The position numbers and the translations under genes were made by a program. This document shows, piece after piece, positions 55,877-64,000 of a stretch of 64,000 nucleotides of DNA (position 1 is its first letter; every line of letters starts with the position of its first letter). The DNA is taken from positions 192,001-256,000 of the forward strand of contig CAXXVZ010000002.1 of the NCBI GenBank assembly GCA_963678065.2, in the 5' to 3' direction. Below the pieces are notes generated by a model. The model searched no databases, was not told the origin of the DNA, and worked only from the letters and a program-made list of their open reading frames with translations. Origin of the DNA: Treponemataceae bacterium (GTDB taxonomy: Bacteria > Spirochaetota > Spirochaetia > Treponematales > Rectinemataceae).

Positions 55877-56965
55877 ATGGAAACCGTAAGGATAGGAATT
55901 ATCGGATGCGGACGCATATCAGATCTCCACGCGGCGGGTTACCTGTCGAATCCTCGCGCAAAAATCGTGGCTGTCTGCGACGCGGACCAGGCCAAGGCGG
56001 AGGCCAAGGCCCGGGAGTGGGGCGCCGGGACCTCATATTCCGATTACCGCGCTTTGCTCGATGACCAGAGCGTGGATGCCGTCGAAATCATCACTCCTCA
56101 GCGACTCCATGAAGCAATAGTCCTCGATGCCTTGGCAGCGGGGAAACATGTCAGCGTGCAGAAACCGATGACCACCGACATGGACAGTGCCGACCGGATG
56201 GTCGCCGCGGCGGACGCGGCCGAAGGACAGGTCGCGAAACTTTTTGAAAACTATGTCTTCTACCCTCCATTAGTCTTGATGAAACACATTATCGATGAAG
56301 GAGCAATTGGCGAACCGACGAGCATGCGGATCAAATTCATTTCCGGCGTGCGCGGAGGCTGGGATGTTCCGGATTCGGCGTGGAATTGGCGCAAAGACGA
56401 GCATCGGCGCGGCTACGGGATGCAGACCTTCGACCATGGCCACCACATGTGGTCGGTCGCGTGGTTCCTCATGGGCGAAGTGGAGCGCGTCCTCGCCTGG
56501 ATCGACTCGGTGGACGGAGTCATAGACTGCCCGGCCGAGATCATCTGGAAGTATTCGGGGGCACCGAAGTATGGCTCCTGCGATTACTCCCACGGAACCG
56601 AACTTACAATTCCCTCCCGCTATTATGCGAACGACGAGTGGTTTGAGGTCACCGGCAGCAAAGGCATTGTGTCGGTGTCGCGCTGCACCGGGAATGTCCA
56701 AGAGGGTGCACCCCTGCGCCTGTTCGCAGACGGACGCTGGACCGAATACCCGGATGTCGCCTCGGACTGGGCAGAAGGATTCAAGGGAGCGACGGCCAAT
56801 TTTGTCTCCGCAGTCCTGGGTGAAGAAACACCACTGCTCAGCGTCAAACAAGGCCGCGAAATACTCCGGATGGATCTTGCAGTTCAGGAATCTGCGCGAA
56901 TGCACCGCGAAATCGTGCTCGCCGAATTCCGAGGCTCACCAGCGACGGTGCAAGAACCGCAATAA
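55877..56965 (+). CDS. Gfo/Idh/MocA-family oxidoreductase
   Basis: GCGRIS..H, ITP..LH, QKPM, FDHGHH. Confidence 0.92.
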   Translation: METVRIGIIGCGRISDLHAAGYLSNPRAKIVAVCDADQAKAEAKAREWGAGTSYSDYRALLDDQSVDAVEIITPQRLHEAIVLDALAAGKHVSVQKPMTTDMDSADRMVAAADAAEGQVAKLFENYVFYPPLVLMKHIIDEGAIGEPTSMRIKFISGVRGGWDVPDSAWNWRKDEHRRGYGMQTFDHGHHMWSVAWFLMGEVERVLAWIDSVDGVIDCPAEIIWKYSGAPKYGSCDYSHGTELTIPSRYYANDEWFEVTGSKGIVSVSRCTGNVQEGAPLRLFADGRWTEYPDVASDWAEGFKGATANFVSAVLGEETPLLSVKQGREILRMDLAVQESARMHREIVLAEFRGSPATVQEPQ

Positions 56966-57037
56966 AAGAAGAGACTGCGCTAAGGATGAGGAGGCAAAGT
57001 CAAGTGATCGACCTCGCCTTTTGCGCGGAAATATTTG

Positions 57038-57100
57038 TTGACAGGCAGAAAAGGTGGTGGTAAGATCGAAATTGGTAAGACAACCTTACCAATTTCGATC
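57038..57100 (+). promoter_or_regulatory. Sigma70 promoter with FadR/PdhR-type operator
   Basis: TTGACA-N17-TAAGAT (extended TG); perfect 16-bp inverted repeat GATCGAAATTGGTAAG-N5-CTTACCAATTTCGATC (57064-57100). Confidence 0.8.
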
Positions 57101-57134
57101 CCCGAGTTCCAATTCAGTGGTAGGAGGCTGCAGA

Positions 57135-57569
57135 ATGTTCCTGCTAGCGGATGAACACTCTGAATTCGACAATATCCTATGGGATTCAATCGCCGCCAAA
57201 GCAAAAAATGGTGAATTGGCTGTGGCGGACCTTTCGGATTGCTTCAAAGTGCTCTGCGCAGGGTGCAACCACATCGATGAGCTGCGCTTCGAACTCAGAA
57301 GTTACTCCGGCTCTTACCAATTCGTTTTCGATGGGGAACGCTATGCCCTGGTTTTCCGCTCCGGCGCCTGCTCGGCCTTCTCCGGCGATGTCGAACAGCC
57401 GGATATCACGGTGTGGATGGGTCTCGATGTTGCGCGCGACCTCCTTATGGGTAATGTCAATTCCGGCGCGGCCCACATGAACGGTGACATACGATACAAA
57501 GGCACCAAGAATGGTGCGATAACGCTCCAGTCGGTATTTGAACTCTTCCTCGACGAACTCAGCGCTTGA
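57135..57569 (+). CDS. SCP2 sterol/lipid-binding domain protein
   Basis: PD.T......A..L..G..N...A.M.G.I...G pattern; AGGAGG RBS. Confidence 0.78.
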   Translation: MFLLADEHSEFDNILWDSIAAKAKNGELAVADLSDCFKVLCAGCNHIDELRFELRSYSGSYQFVFDGERYALVFRSGACSAFSGDVEQPDITVWMGLDVARDLLMGNVNSGAAHMNGDIRYKGTKNGAITLQSVFELFLDELSA

Positions 57570-57619
57570 GCGCCGCGGGCGCTATCCGCGATGCAATTCT
57601 CGCAAGGACGGGCAGAACG

Positions 57620-59893
57620 ATGAAGTACGTGAAATTCGGAGTGATTGGAGGAGGTAGCGCCTTCAATTTCCATGTCAACGGCGTCCGGGACTCGGAGCTC
57701 CTGCGCTTCGTGGCGATCTACGACACGAACATCGAGAATGCCAGGAAGGTTGCCAGGCGTTTCAAGGATGGCCATCTGGAAGTCTATGAAACGCTGGATG
57801 CGATGCTCGATTCGGACATCGATGCAGTCTTGGTCATGGTTCCTCACGCCTACCACGAGCGGATCGTCATCCGGTGCGCCGAGAGAGGCAAACATGTGCT
57901 TTGCGAGAAGCCGATGGGAACCACAGTGGAAGCTTGCAGGAACATGATCGCCGCTGCTCTCAGGAACAAGATCAAATTCATGATTGCGGAAAATCATCGT
58001 TTCCTCCCTGCCCATACCTGGATCCGCAATGCGATTCAGCAGGGTCTCGTCGGCGACGTCCTGATGGTCCGCGCATACGAAGGTGTCAATGAGATACCGG
58101 GTCTCAGCATCAGTGGCTTCTGGAAGGGCGACCCGATCAAGGCAGGGGGTGGCTCGCTCATGGACATGGGCGCACACAAGTTCGCCACCCTCGAATACAT
58201 TCTGGACAGCCGCTGCACCGAGGTTACCGCAATCCTGGCCAAGCAGGCGATCAACCTGCCGGAAAAAGCCGAAGACAACGCCATCACGATGCTCCGCTTC
58301 AGCGACGGCACCATCGGCGAAATGTCCGTAAGCTTTACACAGATGACTCCGCCCTTCAACAGCCTGGAGATTTACGGAACCGAGGGCAGCATCTTTGAAA
58401 ACCACGCATGGGAGAAGCCCGTCCGGATCTATTCATTCTCGAAGTCGATGGGGGAGAACCAGCAAGTATGGTATGAACCCGAGATCGAGCACGCGCCCTT
58501 CCCGGGCTACTACCCGATTTCGGTCCGGCACGAGGATGAGCATTTCGCACGATGCATACTTGAGCACAGGGAACCCGAATTCAGCCCCGAGGACTCGATG
58601 AGCGCCATCGAGTGCATCTTGGCAGGATATCTCTCCTCTATCGAGAGGCGGCCGGTCGCCCGACAGGAGATTCTCGACCTTGCCGATAAGGGCCTTACCG
58701 GCCAAATTTTGGAACGACTCGCCGAGTCGATTCCCGTCAATCCCAAACTCCCCAAGGTAAAGAGCATGAAAGCAGTAGGATTCGACAAGAGACGGGCTGC
58801 AGTGATCATGGAGAAGCTGGATCTCGACCTTCTCATAGCGAGTTCGCCAGTCAACACATATTACCTGAGCGGACTACCCGTTCTCCACAGCGCTCCCAAT
58901 CCCATCCTCGAGGCGCTGTCCAATCAGTACCCGAACTTCGCGATGATTCGGAGGGAAGGCGAGGGTTCGATCATCCACTGGGATGTCTTCCGTAGCGTCC
59001 AGGATCTGTGCTGGGCGGCTGACGCAGTAGGCGTACACAATGTGCAGGATGCGCAGGCCGCGCTTGTCGCCAAGATCAAAAAATGGGGCCTGGTCGGCAA
59101 GCGGGTCGGTGTGGAGTCCACGGCGCCCAAATTCATTCTGGATGCAATCGGATCGGACAAGGTGGCCATGAAAATAATCGAGGCCGACCCCGCTTTCCAG
59201 GAGATGCGTCTCATTAAAACTGACAAGGAGGTCGCCTGCATCGCCGCGGCGACTTCGATCACCGAGAAAGCGATCATGAAGTGTGCGGCCGCCCTCAAGG
59301 AAGGGATCACCGACAACGAGCTCCTCGATATCGGAAAAAGAGCGATGCTCGAGGAGGGAGCGGAAGGCTGGAATCACCTGACCCTCTCCATCGGCGGATC
59401 GGACCCCGAAGCCCCTGGCGTTGGCACGATTGTCCGGAAGGGCGACATAGTGCGTCTGGACTTCGGAGCTATCTATAAAAACTATGTCGCCGATGTGAAC
59501 GCGGAGTTCGTGATCGGCGAGGTGCCCGGGAAGGCGGCCGCGCTCATTGAAGGACTCCTCGAATTCCAAGGCTACTTCGAGTCGCGCATCAGACCCGGGG
59601 TTCTGATGCGGCAGCTCGGCGAGGAAGCCGTGGCCTGGTACGAGGGGAAATACCCCGAAGGCATCGCCTTCTGCATCGGCCACAGCATAGGCCTCGAATG
59701 TGAAGACCTGCACCTTTTCGGGGCGATGGGATCGCAGGACCGCGTCTTCGAGAAGAATATGGTCTTCGAAATCGAGGCCTGGGAAAACTATGAGGGCTAC
59801 CTCATCGGTGTCGAGGACTGCTATGTAGTCACCGACTCAGGCTGCCGCAAGATGACCAGCCTCGACAAGCGCATCGCCGCGATCAAGGAGTGA
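57620..59893 (+). CDS. Fusion of Gfo/Idh/MocA oxidoreductase and M24 (Xaa-Pro peptidase/creatinase-fold) metallohydrolase
   Basis: N-half VPH..H, CEKP, GGG.LMD.G.H; C-half R.IKT..E, LDFG....Y.AD, GHSIGL, E.E, GVED. Confidence 0.87.
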   Translation: MKYVKFGVIGGGSAFNFHVNGVRDSELLRFVAIYDTNIENARKVARRFKDGHLEVYETLDAMLDSDIDAVLVMVPHAYHERIVIRCAERGKHVLCEKPMGTTVEACRNMIAAALRNKIKFMIAENHRFLPAHTWIRNAIQQGLVGDVLMVRAYEGVNEIPGLSISGFWKGDPIKAGGGSLMDMGAHKFATLEYILDSRCTEVTAILAKQAINLPEKAEDNAITMLRFSDGTIGEMSVSFTQMTPPFNSLEIYGTEGSIFENHAWEKPVRIYSFSKSMGENQQVWYEPEIEHAPFPGYYPISVRHEDEHFARCILEHREPEFSPEDSMSAIECILAGYLSSIERRPVARQEILDLADKGLTGQILERLAESIPVNPKLPKVKSMKAVGFDKRRAAVIMEKLDLDLLIASSPVNTYYLSGLPVLHSAPNPILEALSNQYPNFAMIRREGEGSIIHWDVFRSVQDLCWAADAVGVHNVQDAQAALVAKIKKWGLVGKRVGVESTAPKFILDAIGSDKVAMKIIEADPAFQEMRLIKTDKEVACIAAATSITEKAIMKCAAALKEGITDNELLDIGKRAMLEEGAEGWNHLTLSIGGSDPEAPGVGTIVRKGDIVRLDFGAIYKNYVADVNAEFVIGEVPGKAAALIEGLLEFQGYFESRIRPGVLMRQLGEEAVAWYEGKYPEGIAFCIGHSIGLECEDLHLFGAMGSQDRVFEKNMVFEIEAWENYEGYLIGVEDCYVVTDSGCRKMTSLDKRIAAIKE

Positions 59894-59898
59894 ACGAA

Positions 59899-60693
59899 AT
59901 GAAGCCGCTGATAATCGTCGCCACACCCAATATTTGCTGGCTTAAAACCGATGTGCCCTTCCCTGAAACCCCTGCCGGCATAGCCGAGGAGACAGAGCTC
60001 TGCCGGAAAAACGGGGCTTCGGTCCTCCATATCCACGGGGAGGGCCAGTGGGTCGAGGTCATGACCGAGGTCAGGAAGCGGACGGATATTCTGATCCAGT
60101 GCGGTATGTCCAGCATACCCCTCAAGGACCGCATGGACATCATGTACCAGAAGGCGGACATGATCTCGATAATCCTGAACCATCACGACGAGGCCTTCGC
60201 TGAGGTGAATTGCAATGTGCTCCACACCATGCAGGAATTCGAAGATTATGCGACAGCATGCCGGAGGTATGGAGTAAAACCCGAGTTCGAGATCTGGCAC
60301 TCCGGCTCCATCTGGAATCTCAATCGACTCATCGACAATGGCTTCCTCGATCCGCCGTACATCACGACCATGTTCTTTGGCTGGCCGGGAGGAACCTGGT
60401 CGCCGCCGACCGTCGAGGAGTACTTATACCGGCGGAAAAACATGCCCGGGAATTGCGCGGTCACCGTGAGCATCATGAATGAGAAGCAGATGGATATCCT
60501 CGTGGCAGCGATCATGCACGGCGACAATGTGCGGGTCGGGACCGAAGACTATCCGTACGACAGGCGCGGCAAACTCTGTGCGACCCATGAGCTTGTGAAG
60601 GAAATCGCCGATATCGCCCGCATGCTCGGCAGGGAGATTGCCAGCCCCGCGCAGGCGCGCGATGCGCTGGGTACCGGAAGGCAAATGCCATGA
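59899..60693 (+). CDS. Beta-keto acid cleavage enzyme (Kce/DUF849 family)
   Basis: P.TP..IAE, GAS..HIH, KPE.E, NVRVG.ED, GREIA.P..AR..L. Confidence 0.92.
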   Translation: MKPLIIVATPNICWLKTDVPFPETPAGIAEETELCRKNGASVLHIHGEGQWVEVMTEVRKRTDILIQCGMSSIPLKDRMDIMYQKADMISIILNHHDEAFAEVNCNVLHTMQEFEDYATACRRYGVKPEFEIWHSGSIWNLNRLIDNGFLDPPYITTMFFGWPGGTWSPPTVEEYLYRRKNMPGNCAVTVSIMNEKQMDILVAAIMHGDNVRVGTEDYPYDRRGKLCATHELVKEIADIARMLGREIASPAQARDALGTGRQMP

Positions 60694-61460
60694 CTGAAAA
60701 AAAAGTGGCTGTAGTCACCGGCGCCGCGAGCGGGATAGGCAAAGCGGCAGCCATGAAATTCGCCAAAGAGGGCTACGCAGTCGCGATTTTCGATTGGAGC
60801 AAGGGGATCGCGGAGGTCGGTGATGTACTGCGCAAGGATGGATGCGTTTGTCTCGATGTCGTGGGGGATGTCTCATCCGAAAAGGATGTCGCGGACTTTG
60901 TTGCGCAGGTCGAGAAGGCCTTCGGCAGGGTGGACGCCCTCAATTGCAACGCGGGCATAGTAGTTGTCAAACCCCTCGAGGATACGAGCTTCGAGGATTT
61001 CACGCGGGTAACGAACGTGAACATAGGCGGGACTTTTCTCTTCTGCAAGCACGTGCTCCCGATGATGAAAAGGCGGCGCAGCGGATCCATCGTAAACCTC
61101 GGCTCTGTTTCCGGGCACGTGGGCCAGACCGAGCATGCGATTTACGGGGCCACGAAGGGAGCAATTATCGCCTTTACCCGCGCGGTCGCGTGGGAGGTGG
61201 CGCGGTACAACATCCGAGTCAACTCCGTGAGCCCCGGATCCGTGGACACGCCGATGCTCCGGTCCGACATACGGCTTGAATCGACGCGCACAGGTATGCC
61301 TTTCGACGAAGTGAAGAAACTCAGAGAGGCGGAGCAGGCCTTCAATCGTTGGGCAGATCCCTCGGAGATCGCCGAGGCCATCTACTTCCTTTCGAGCGAT
61401 GCCGCATCCTTCATTACGGGTTCGGACCTGCTGGTAGACTGCGGTTGGGTGGCAAAGTAA
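60690..61460 (+). CDS. SDR-family oxidoreductase
   Basis: TGAASGIG, NAG, YGATK, PG.VDTPM. Confidence 0.93.
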   Translation: MTEKKVAVVTGAASGIGKAAAMKFAKEGYAVAIFDWSKGIAEVGDVLRKDGCVCLDVVGDVSSEKDVADFVAQVEKAFGRVDALNCNAGIVVVKPLEDTSFEDFTRVTNVNIGGTFLFCKHVLPMMKRRRSGSIVNLGSVSGHVGQTEHAIYGATKGAIIAFTRAVAWEVARYNIRVNSVSPGSVDTPMLRSDIRLESTRTGMPFDEVKKLREAEQAFNRWADPSEIAEAIYFLSSDAASFITGSDLLVDCGWVAK

Positions 61461-62189
61461 ATGCAAGAAACCGGTATAGATTTTGAGATCGAGCAGAAGA
61501 AAAGCACCACTGGCATTATCGTCAAAAAGCTCCTGGAGCTCATCCGCAGCCGAAGCCTCAAGCCTGGCGATAAACTTCCACCCGAGCGGGAACTCGCGGA
61601 ACTCATGAAGGTATCGAGGCCCTCTCTTCGGGAAGCACTCAAATCCCTGGAGACGATGAGCATCATCAGCATCCGGCAGGGCTCGGGAGCTTTCGTGAAC
61701 AAGCTCGAACCCGAAAGCATCGCGGAGCACCTGGATATCGTATTCACACTCGACGACTCGCTCTACCACGACCTGTATAAGGCGCGCAGGGTTCTTGAAT
61801 CAGCGATCGCCCGGATCGCGGCCGAAAGCATCACGGACGATGAACTCGCAGAGATCGAGGGAAACATCACAAGGGCTGCCAACTCCGTCCAGATGCCTCA
61901 AGAATTCCTCGCGCTGGATTTCCAGCTTCATAGCCTCATCCTCAAGGCATCGAAGAACCGGATTCTGCCCGTCTTCATCCAGTCTATCAACAAGCTCAAT
62001 CTGATGATGAGGGAAAAGACCAACAGTATCCTGTCGATACGGCAATCCACGATTCGGGACCACCAGAAAATCCTGGAAGCGCTCAGACAGAAAAACCCGG
62101 AGATGGCGGCGAAGGCCATGGAAGAGCACCTCCTCAACGTCGAGAACGGTTTCTACCGGACCGAGGACAGCGGAGGTTATGAAAAATGA
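61461..62189 (+). CDS. GntR/FadR-family regulator
   Basis: LKPGDKLP.EREL, VSR.S.REA, G.G.FV, FCD domain. Confidence 0.94.
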   Translation: MQETGIDFEIEQKKSTTGIIVKKLLELIRSRSLKPGDKLPPERELAELMKVSRPSLREALKSLETMSIISIRQGSGAFVNKLEPESIAEHLDIVFTLDDSLYHDLYKARRVLESAIARIAAESITDDELAEIEGNITRAANSVQMPQEFLALDFQLHSLILKASKNRILPVFIQSINKLNLMMREKTNSILSIRQSTIRDHQKILEALRQKNPEMAAKAMEEHLLNVENGFYRTEDSGGYEK

Positions 62190-63139
62190 AAGAGCGATTC
62201 TTCGTGTCAGGGGCCACAGGCTGCATCGGGGGCTGGGTCGTCAAGAATCTCGTCGAGTCAGGAAACGAGGTGTTTGCGCTCGCAAGAAGCGGCAGCCTCG
62301 ACAAACTTTCCTTGATAATGCCCGAGGAGGAGATAGCCGAAGTCCATATCGTCAAGGGGGACATTGCCGACGCGGCTTTGCTGCGGACCTGCATGGCGGA
62401 CAACAGAATCGAGCGGATTATCCACCTCGCGGCGATGCAGCTGCCCTTCTGTCACACCGATCCCCGGCTCGGAGCCCGGGTCAACGTCGAGGGGACCGTC
62501 AATATTTTCGAAGCGGCCAAGCATTGCGGCATCAAGTCCCTGGTCTATTCGAGCAGCACGGCTGTTTACGGGACCAAAGACGAATATGACACAGCCTGTC
62601 TGGAACACAATGCCCCGCTGATACCGCATTCCCACTACGGGGTGTACAAGCAGGCGAACGAGTGGAGTGCCCGCGTCTATTACAAGGTCGACAGGATCTC
62701 CAGCATCGGCATCAGGCCATATGTCGTCTATGGCCCCTTACGGGACCAGGGAATGACCTCCACGCCGACGGCTGCAATGAAAGCTGCGGTGAAATCAGAG
62801 CCGTACGAGATTTCTTTCGGGGGAGTCTGCAACTTCCAGTATGTCGACGACACCGCCAAGGCGTTTATCCGCGCTTCGATCTGCGACCACATCGGAGCCG
62901 ATACCTACAACCTCGGGGGCGGGGCGATTGCCATGGAAGACATAGTCCGCGCCATCGAGCTTGGCGAACCCGGCGCGGAAGGCCTTATCACCTACATCGA
63001 CAAGCCTCTTCCCTTCCCTCCGAGCGCGAGCAACGAAGAGTTGGTAAAAATCATTGGTCCCGTGTGCAAGACATCCCTTGTAGAAGGGGTAAAGGCGAGC
63101 ATGGAGATTTTCCGAGAACACGCCGCCCATTTGGGGTAA
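62186..63139 (+). CDS. NAD-dependent epimerase/dehydratase (extended SDR)
   Basis: SGATGCIG, IIHLAA, SS.AVYG, YGVYK, RP.VVYGP. Confidence 0.92.
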   Translation: MKERFFVSGATGCIGGWVVKNLVESGNEVFALARSGSLDKLSLIMPEEEIAEVHIVKGDIADAALLRTCMADNRIERIIHLAAMQLPFCHTDPRLGARVNVEGTVNIFEAAKHCGIKSLVYSSSTAVYGTKDEYDTACLEHNAPLIPHSHYGVYKQANEWSARVYYKVDRISSIGIRPYVVYGPLRDQGMTSTPTAAMKAAVKSEPYEISFGGVCNFQYVDDTAKAFIRASICDHIGADTYNLGGGAIAMEDIVRAIELGEPGAEGLITYIDKPLPFPPSASNEELVKIIGPVCKTSLVEGVKASMEIFREHAAHLG

Positions 63140-63252
63140 TGGCGCTCGGCAACAGATAACCAGAGGAGGTGATCCAGGAAGGTCGTTTTAACGACATAGT
63201 CGATCGGCTCGAGCGGATGCTTGAGCTAAAAGAACTGCAAGGAGGCAGGAAA

Positions 63253-64000
63253 ATGTCTAAGCGCGTGCGCATTTCAATGGCGTTAGGGGTCATGCTGTTC
63301 ATGGTCGCTGGGCTTGCATTTGCAGCGCCGAAGCAGGTTGTGATCGGCATCAGCATGCAGGGTAACCAGAGCGGCTTCGTCCAGTACATCACTTCGGGGA
63401 TGTGGGAGTGGCAGAAGAAAAATGCTCCGGATGTCAAGCTCGAAGTTGTGTTCGCCGATGACGATGCGGCGAAACAGCTGACGCAGGTCGAGACCTTCGT
63501 TGCGAAGAAAGTCGACGCGATCATCATCAATCCGGTGGACAAAGTGCAGTGCGCGGCTGCGGTCGATGCAGCGGCCAATGCCAGGATTCCGGTCCTCACC
63601 GTGAACACCATCACGACAAGCAAGAGGGTGACGGCGCATGTGGGTTCGGATGATGTTCTGTCCGGCTATCTGCAGATGAACCGGATCATCGATGTCTGCG
63701 GTCCAAAGGCAAGAGTCGCGTATGTAGACGCAGTGCTGGGGCACTCTGCGCAGGTCGGACGGACGGAAGGCTATCAGAAGTCCCTCAAAGAGCATCCCGG
63801 AGTGACCCTTGTCGTGCACGACACCGGCAACTGGTCAGCGGATGAATCGATGAAGCTGGTCGAGAACTGGCTGCAGTCGGGCAAACAGATGGATGCGATC
63901 GCATGCATGGCGGACTGTCAGCTTATCGGCGTGGTGACGGCGGTGCAGAACGCAAACATGGTCGGCAAGATCAAACTCGCCGGCATGGACTGCGATCCCT
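63253..64000 (+). CDS. RbsB-like sugar ABC substrate-binding protein (runs off window)
   Basis: Hand translation from ATG 63253 (GGAGG RBS): MSKRVRISMALGVMLFMVAGLAFAA signal peptide, KQL.QVE.F, VDAIIINPVD, GSDD..SG, GHSAQ..R, GNW. Confidence 0.9.
   Translation, partial: MSKRVRISMALGVMLFMVAGLAFAAPKQVVIGISMQGNQSGFVQYITSGMWEWQKKNAPDVKLEVVFADDDAAKQLTQVETFVAKKVDAIIINPVDKVQCAAAVDAAANARIPVLTVNTITTSKRVTAHVGSDDVLSGYLQMNRIIDVCGPKARVAYVDAVLGHSAQVGRTEGYQKSLKEHPGVTLVVHDTGNWSADESMKLVENWLQSGKQMDAIACMADCQLIGVVTAVQNANMVGKIKLAGMDCDP

Noticed and set aside
63169..63252. In-frame upstream GTG extending the final SBP by 28 codons
   Set aside because: ATG 63253 has its own SD and directly begins a signal peptide, whereas the GTG has no properly spaced SD.

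Overview
High-GC bacterial chromosomal window with no rRNA, tRNA, CRISPR or mobile element that I can support. Gene content (AOR-family oxidoreductase, reverse rubrerythrin-PerR, EarP/EF-P, many sugar ABC/TRAP systems) points to an anaerobe, tentatively a Spirochaetota member (inference only). It holds four accessory catabolic loci. (1) 1-9.9 kb: a GntR-led operon (LigK-type aldolase, Ldh2, AOR, SDR, cupin, IolN-like ring hydrolase, TRAP DctP) with a secreted tandem esterase and a decayed duplicate of the GntR gene that kept its operator. Its enzyme set can be read as a non-aromatising quinate-type degradation route (hypothesis). (2) 34-47.7 kb: a GH105/Gfo-Idh-MocA/AP-endo-2/URO-D-like sugar ABC locus with twin activator-type promoters. 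(3) 48.9-55.8 kb: IclR plus split transketolase, RpiB/DhuI-like isomerase, IolD-like and IolA/MmsA, a possible kinase-free transketolase variant of cyclitol catabolism. (4) 57-64 kb: a FadR-type operon with SCP2, a Gfo/Idh/MocA-M24 fusion, a beta-keto acid cleavage enzyme, SDRs and a sugar SBP. Between these lie a glf/GT2/GT4/flippase cluster, a frameshifted J-domain gene, sigma54-amtB-glnK with an atypical PII, arsR/acr3/arsC, earP-efp(R32), an orphan kinase and an SBP-coupled GGDEF/EAL protein. All product calls come from motif recognition, not database searches.
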